A stretch of 35,392 nt of DNA from Nitratifractor sp. (GTDB lineage: Bacteria > Campylobacterota > Campylobacteria > Campylobacterales > Sulfurovaceae), in NCBI GenBank assembly GCA_015485845.1, contig WFSU01000010.1:1-35392 (forward strand). The letters run 5' to 3'. The number at the start of each line of letters is the position of its first letter. Positions within the stretch are counted from its first letter, which is position 1. Position numbers and translations under genes: made by a program. Below the pieces are notes generated by a model. That model was not told the DNA's origin. It did not search any database and worked only from the letters and a program-made list of their open reading frames with translations. Shown piece after piece: positions 32,410 through 35,392 of the stretch.

Positions 32410-32471
32410 GGGGCTTGGGCTTCAGCCCAACCAAACGCAAAGCGTATCTGTGGGACTGAAGTCCCAGCCCC
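32410..32471. repeat. REP-like inverted doublet (variant arm 32410-32431, consensus arm 32450-32471)
   Basis: GGGGCTTGGGCTTCAGCCCAAC, then an 18-nt spacer, then GTGGGACTGAAGTCCCAGCCCC. The variant arm keeps a perfect 6-bp hairpin through two compensated pair changes. Confidence 0.8.
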
Positions 32472-32530
32472 ATGCAATACTAAAAATATGACAATCTGAC
32501 ATATTTTTCTTCCCCTCCTCCAATTTTCGC

Positions 32531-32536
32531 TACAAT
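32531..32536 (+). promoter_or_regulatory. candidate -10 box (TACAAT) for the DUF2130 gene
   Basis: cgCTACAATat lies about 30 nt upstream of ATG 32566. Confidence 0.35.
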
Positions 32537-32565
32537 ATCCTCAAGACAAACATTAGGATATGTTC

Positions 32566-33846
32566 ATGCCAGCCACCAATACCATCGCGTGCCCAAAATG
32601 CGGCACTCAAATTGACATTGACGCGATCTTTTATCATCAGGTAGAGGAGAAATTCAAACACCAACAAATTGAGGAGCGGCGCAAGCTTCAGGCTGAGATC
32701 GACGGAGCGCGTGCTCAGTACAAAAACCACCTCGATAGCCTCAAGAAAAAAGAAGAAGCCCTTGCCACCGAAAAAGAGCACTTTGATGAGGCGTTGCGCA
32801 AAGCGACCCGGGAGCAGCTGCGCAAAGATCGGGAGCAGATGGCGCAGGAGCTCAAGCAACAGCTTGCCGAGGAGCAGAGTGCTGCGATGGCGGCCCTCCA
32901 GAAAGAGCTTGAGGAGAAATCGGGCAAACTTCAGGAGCTTCACGCGGCTACTGCTCGTATCGCTCGACTTGAGCGCGAAAAGGCCGAAGCATCTGCCCGC
33001 GCCAAAGCCGAAGCGGAGCTGGAGCTCAACAAACGGCTGGCTGAAGAGAAGCAGAAGCTTCAAAAAGCGATCGATGACGAAACTGCCCTCAAACTCAAAG
33101 AGAAAGACGAGCAGCTCGAGCAGCTCAAGCGCAGTCTTGAAGATGCTAAACGCAAAGCCGATCAGGGGAGCATGCAAATACAGGGTGAAGCGTTGGAGCT
33201 GGCGATCGAGAGCTGGCTGGCATCGCAGTTTCCGTTTGATACCATCGAAGAGGTCAAAAAAGGAGCCTTCGGTGCTGACTGCATTCAGACGGTCCATACC
33301 CGTGAGCTCCCCAACTGCGGTATTATCTGCTATGAGTCCAAGAACACCAAAGCATGGTCGGATAGCTGGATCACCAAGCTCAAGCAGGACATGCTCAAGG
33401 TAGGCGCCGACATCGGGGTACTTGTCACGTCGGTCTATCCGAGCGGCATGGAGCGGATGGGGTTTGTCGATGGGATCTGGGTGTGCAGTCTCGACGAGTT
33501 CAAAGGCTCAGCCGCCTTGCTGCGTGATGGGCTTATCCGGGTGCACAAAAGCATCCAGCGCGAAGAGAACCGCGGAGACAAGATGGCGCTGCTCTACTCG
33601 TATCTGACCGGCAACGAATTTGGGATGCAGATGCGCGCGATCGTGGATGGCTTCATGGCGATGCAGGCCGAGCTGGACAAAGAACGCCGCTCCCTCATGG
33701 CATCCTGGAAACGCCGTCAGAAGATCATCGACGGCGTACTGACCAACACCACCGAAATGTACGGAGCCTTCCAGGGGATCGCCGGAGCCGGAGCGTTGAC
33801 CCATATCGAGGCGCTGGAGCTGCCGGAGAGTTTTGAGGAGGAATAG
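32566..33846 (+). CDS. DUF2130-family protein: N-terminal CxxC, long coiled coil, C-terminal PD-(D/E)xK-like nuclease domain
   Basis: 426 aa from the second ATG, which has better spacing to the AGGA RBS; the ORF track starts at 32560. IACPKCG, then about 200 aa of E/K/Q/A-rich heptad-like sequence. C-terminus GEALELAIE...GADCIQTV...IICYESKNTKAWSDSWITKLKQD...MYG..QGIAG matches my recollection of DUF2130. Confidence 0.8.
   Translation: MPATNTIACPKCGTQIDIDAIFYHQVEEKFKHQQIEERRKLQAEIDGARAQYKNHLDSLKKKEEALATEKEHFDEALRKATREQLRKDREQMAQELKQQLAEEQSAAMAALQKELEEKSGKLQELHAATARIARLEREKAEASARAKAEAELELNKRLAEEKQKLQKAIDDETALKLKEKDEQLEQLKRSLEDAKRKADQGSMQIQGEALELAIESWLASQFPFDTIEEVKKGAFGADCIQTVHTRELPNCGIICYESKNTKAWSDSWITKLKQDMLKVGADIGVLVTSVYPSGMERMGFVDGIWVCSLDEFKGSAALLRDGLIRVHKSIQREENRGDKMALLYSYLTGNEFGMQMRAIVDGFMAMQAELDKERRSLMASWKRRQKIIDGVLTNTTEMYGAFQGIAGAGALTHIEALELPESFEEE
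33797..33832. repeat. 36-bp direct repeat, copy 1 (inside the 3' end of the DUF2130 gene)
   Basis: TGACCCATATCGAGGCGCTGGAGCTGCCGGAGAGTT is identical to 35299-35334. The match extends to 44 bp with 2 mismatches (33789 / 35291). Confidence 0.95.
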
Positions 33847-33850
33847 TTAG

Positions 33851-34137
33851 ATGATTACACGTGATGCTATGCGAAGATATGCAATTTTATTTACAGCTCC
33901 TGCGTTGATGGGTATTTTTTTTAATCTGATAATCGGTTTAGATGTTTATAAACCAATTATTGCTTTGATAGTTCCTTCTATTACACTTTATGCTCTTTCA
34001 TTTTTGTTTGAAAAAGAAAAAAATGTTTGGTATTGCGACAGGTGCATATTGAGCTGACTCGTGATCAAATAAAGTTTGGTGTTTGTCCTGCATGTGGTGA
34101 TAGGGTTAAAGGCTTTCGAGGTGAGCATCGGCTTTGA
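33851..34137 (+). pseudogene. two-TM membrane protein with C-terminal zinc ribbon, split by a frameshift
   Basis: ORF 33851-34057 ends ...WYCDRCILS*. The -1 frame, open from 34045, continues HIELTRDQIKFGVCPACGDRVKGFRGEHRL* to TGA 34135-34137. Joining the two frames completes a CxxC-N15-CxxC ribbon. Confidence 0.6.
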
Positions 34138-34209
34138 TGAATTTGGATGAATACAGAGATCGATATTCTCGCTATAGCTTAATCCTTGGATACATGGCAT
34201 GAGATGTTA

Positions 34210-34231
34210 GTTGGGCTGAATTCCAAACCCC
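34210..34231 (+). repeat. degenerate REP-like motif (GTTGGGCTGAATTCCAAACCCC)
   Basis: Matches the 22-nt consensus at 16 of 22 positions. The hairpin is only partly retained. Confidence 0.45.
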
Positions 34232-34273
34232 TCTTAATTGCAGAAAGTTATGCCACTTCTTCATTGATTGGTA

Positions 34274-34302
34274 TTTGACATCATATTCTATAAACGATAT
34301 AA
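34274..34302 (+). promoter_or_regulatory. consensus sigma70-type promoter TTGACA-17 nt-TATAAT
   Basis: TTGACA at 34274-34279 and TATAAT at 34297-34302 with a spacer of exactly 17 nt, 31 nt upstream of ATG 34334. Confidence 0.65.
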
Positions 34303-34333
34303 TACCCACAATATGTAGTAAAAAGGCACTATC

Positions 34334-34672
34334 ATGCAGACAATGGCGATACGGGATTTGAAGAATAATCCCTCCCATATGACCGAGTATCTCGAGCACA
34401 ATCAGAGTGTCTTCATCACCAAACACAGCAAACCCATCGGGATTACCCTCCCACTGAATGATGATGTGTTCTCCGTGGGGTTGCGCCAATCTGCGGCGAT
34501 CGATCAGTATCGGCATGGACTCATTTCACTGGGGAAAATGGCGGAATTTCTCTCCATCACCAAAACCGAAGCGATCCGGCTCGTCGATCGTCTCGGTATC
34601 GACTGGCTCGACTACACTCCCGAGGAGCTCGAAGAGCAGGCCATCGCAGCCGGAGCCTACCGCCGCGCATGA
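34334..34672 (+). CDS. two-domain antitoxin: Phd/YefM-like N-terminus fused to a UPF0175-like C-terminus
   Basis: 112 aa. N-terminus AIRDLKNNPSHMTEYLEHNQSVFITKHSKPIGITLPL. C-terminus GLISLGKMAEFLSITKTEAIRLVDRLGI. Overlaps the toxin start by 4 nt. Confidence 0.7.
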   Translation: MQTMAIRDLKNNPSHMTEYLEHNQSVFITKHSKPIGITLPLNDDVFSVGLRQSAAIDQYRHGLISLGKMAEFLSITKTEAIRLVDRLGIDWLDYTPEELEEQAIAAGAYRRA

Positions 34673-35145
34673 TCCTCTCGGATGCCACGGCGATCATTGC
34701 CCTGATCAACATCGATGAACTTTCGCTCCTCAAACAGTTTGCCCGTACGATTCTCATCCCCGAAGAAGTCTATCGTGAGATTGCCCACTATTCACATGCC
34801 CGTGCCTGCGTCGACCGTGAAATTGCCGAGGGGTTTATAGAGATCACGACGTACAACGATCCGACTCTTTTCAGGGATTTCTGCTATCTCCTTGATGCCG
34901 GAGAATCTGCAGCTATTGCCATCGCACTCGAGCGTAACCTTCCCCTCATCATCGACGAAAAGAAAGGTCGCGCTTTTGCCCGAAGACAGGGTGTAGAGAT
35001 CATCGGTCTGATCGGCATCCTCCGCTACCTTTACATCGAAGGCACTCTTTCTCAAAAACGCACTGAGGAGATCATCGACAAGCTGAATGCATCGGATTTT
35101 CGGATCAGTGAGAAGTTGTTGGGGATGATTTTGGGAGATGTTTAG
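34669..35145 (+). CDS. DUF3368-family PIN-like toxin
   Basis: 158 aa with the pattern LSDATAIIALINI...LIPEEVYREI...LDAGESAAIAIALE...LIIDEKKGRAFARRQGVEIIGLIGIL typical of DUF3368. Confidence 0.75.
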   Translation: MILSDATAIIALINIDELSLLKQFARTILIPEEVYREIAHYSHARACVDREIAEGFIEITTYNDPTLFRDFCYLLDAGESAAIAIALERNLPLIIDEKKGRAFARRQGVEIIGLIGILRYLYIEGTLSQKRTEEIIDKLNASDFRISEKLLGMILGDV

Positions 35146-35197
35146 TGTTTATTAAGTCACCTTCTGAAGGAATTAAAAGCATTGAAAGGATTGCTCC

Positions 35198-35389
35198 ATG
35201 GCAACTGAACCCGTGAGCCCGACACGGCATCCGATCACCCGCACTGTTTCGCTCGATGAAAACGAGATAGAATTTACGGCCATGCGGGAGCGGAGCTCTG
35301 ACCCATATCGAGGCGCTGGAGCTGCCGGAGAGTTACTTTATATTTATTTAATTATTATTGTATATAATAACCATATACAAAAGGTATAA
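35198..35389 (+). CDS. doubtful ORF; possibly a truncated gene 5' end fused to the second copy of the 36-bp repeat
   Basis: AAAGGA RBS and ATG 35198. After about 33 codons it reads through the repeat in a different frame from DUF2130 and then into very AT-rich sequence. Confidence 0.2.
   Translation: MATEPVSPTRHPITRTVSLDENEIEFTAMRERSSDPYRGAGAAGELLYIYLIIIVYNNHIQKV
35299..35334. repeat. 36-bp direct repeat, copy 2
   Basis: Identical to 33797-33832, at an offset of 1502 bp. Confidence 0.95.
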
Positions 35390-35392
35390 AGA

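Noticed and set aside
24943-32431. Variant REP arms contain RYYYAAC-like strings (ATCCAAC, GCCCAAC), and 34210 contains GTTGGGC, reminiscent of integron attC core sites.
   Set aside because: The dominant consensus (GTCCCAC/GTGGGAC) does not fit GTTRRRY. The flanking genes are housekeeping genes in mixed orientations, and no intI is present. A REP-type family fits better.

Overview
This is a 35.4-kb chromosomal window. Most of it is housekeeping genes: M20 peptidases, tRNA-Ser, argB, thrC, an ABC-F ATPase, an M48 protease, prmC, apaH, trpB, nth, a parvulin PPIase, fba, nrdB and hisD. Promoters of the gCTATAAT type with no clear -35, plus PEB4/HP0175-like and DksA-like genes, suggest a moderately GC-rich Campylobacterota-like genome; that is inference only. 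Three things stand out. (1) There are four type II toxin-antitoxin operons and a class II Fic gene. Each sits in its own 0.7-1.7 kb micro-insertion. Three of the five are bracketed by direct repeats: diverged dksA/traR-like gene copies, a 36-bp duplication of the 3' end of a DUF2130 nuclease gene, and a 23-24 bp palindrome pair. (2) A mosaic intergenic repeat family, not known to me, occurs in several intergenic regions. Its parts are heptanucleotide tandem arrays whose units carry stop triplets, a small hairpin, and a 22-nt REP-like hairpin motif GTGGGACTGAAGTCCCAGCCCC, single or as inverted doublets. Variant copies carry compensatory stem substitutions. (3) There are several single oddities. 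A 268-bp element with 31-bp terminal inverted repeats lies in the thrC leader. HisD has a 114-aa repeat-containing C-terminal extension. An 8x GTGTTAC microsatellite lies in a divergent promoter region. A membrane zinc-ribbon gene is frameshifted. A NUDIX gene remnant lies next to tRNA-Ser. No CRISPR array, rRNA, transposase or integrase gene was seen. All family assignments come from reading motifs in the supplied translations, not from database searches.
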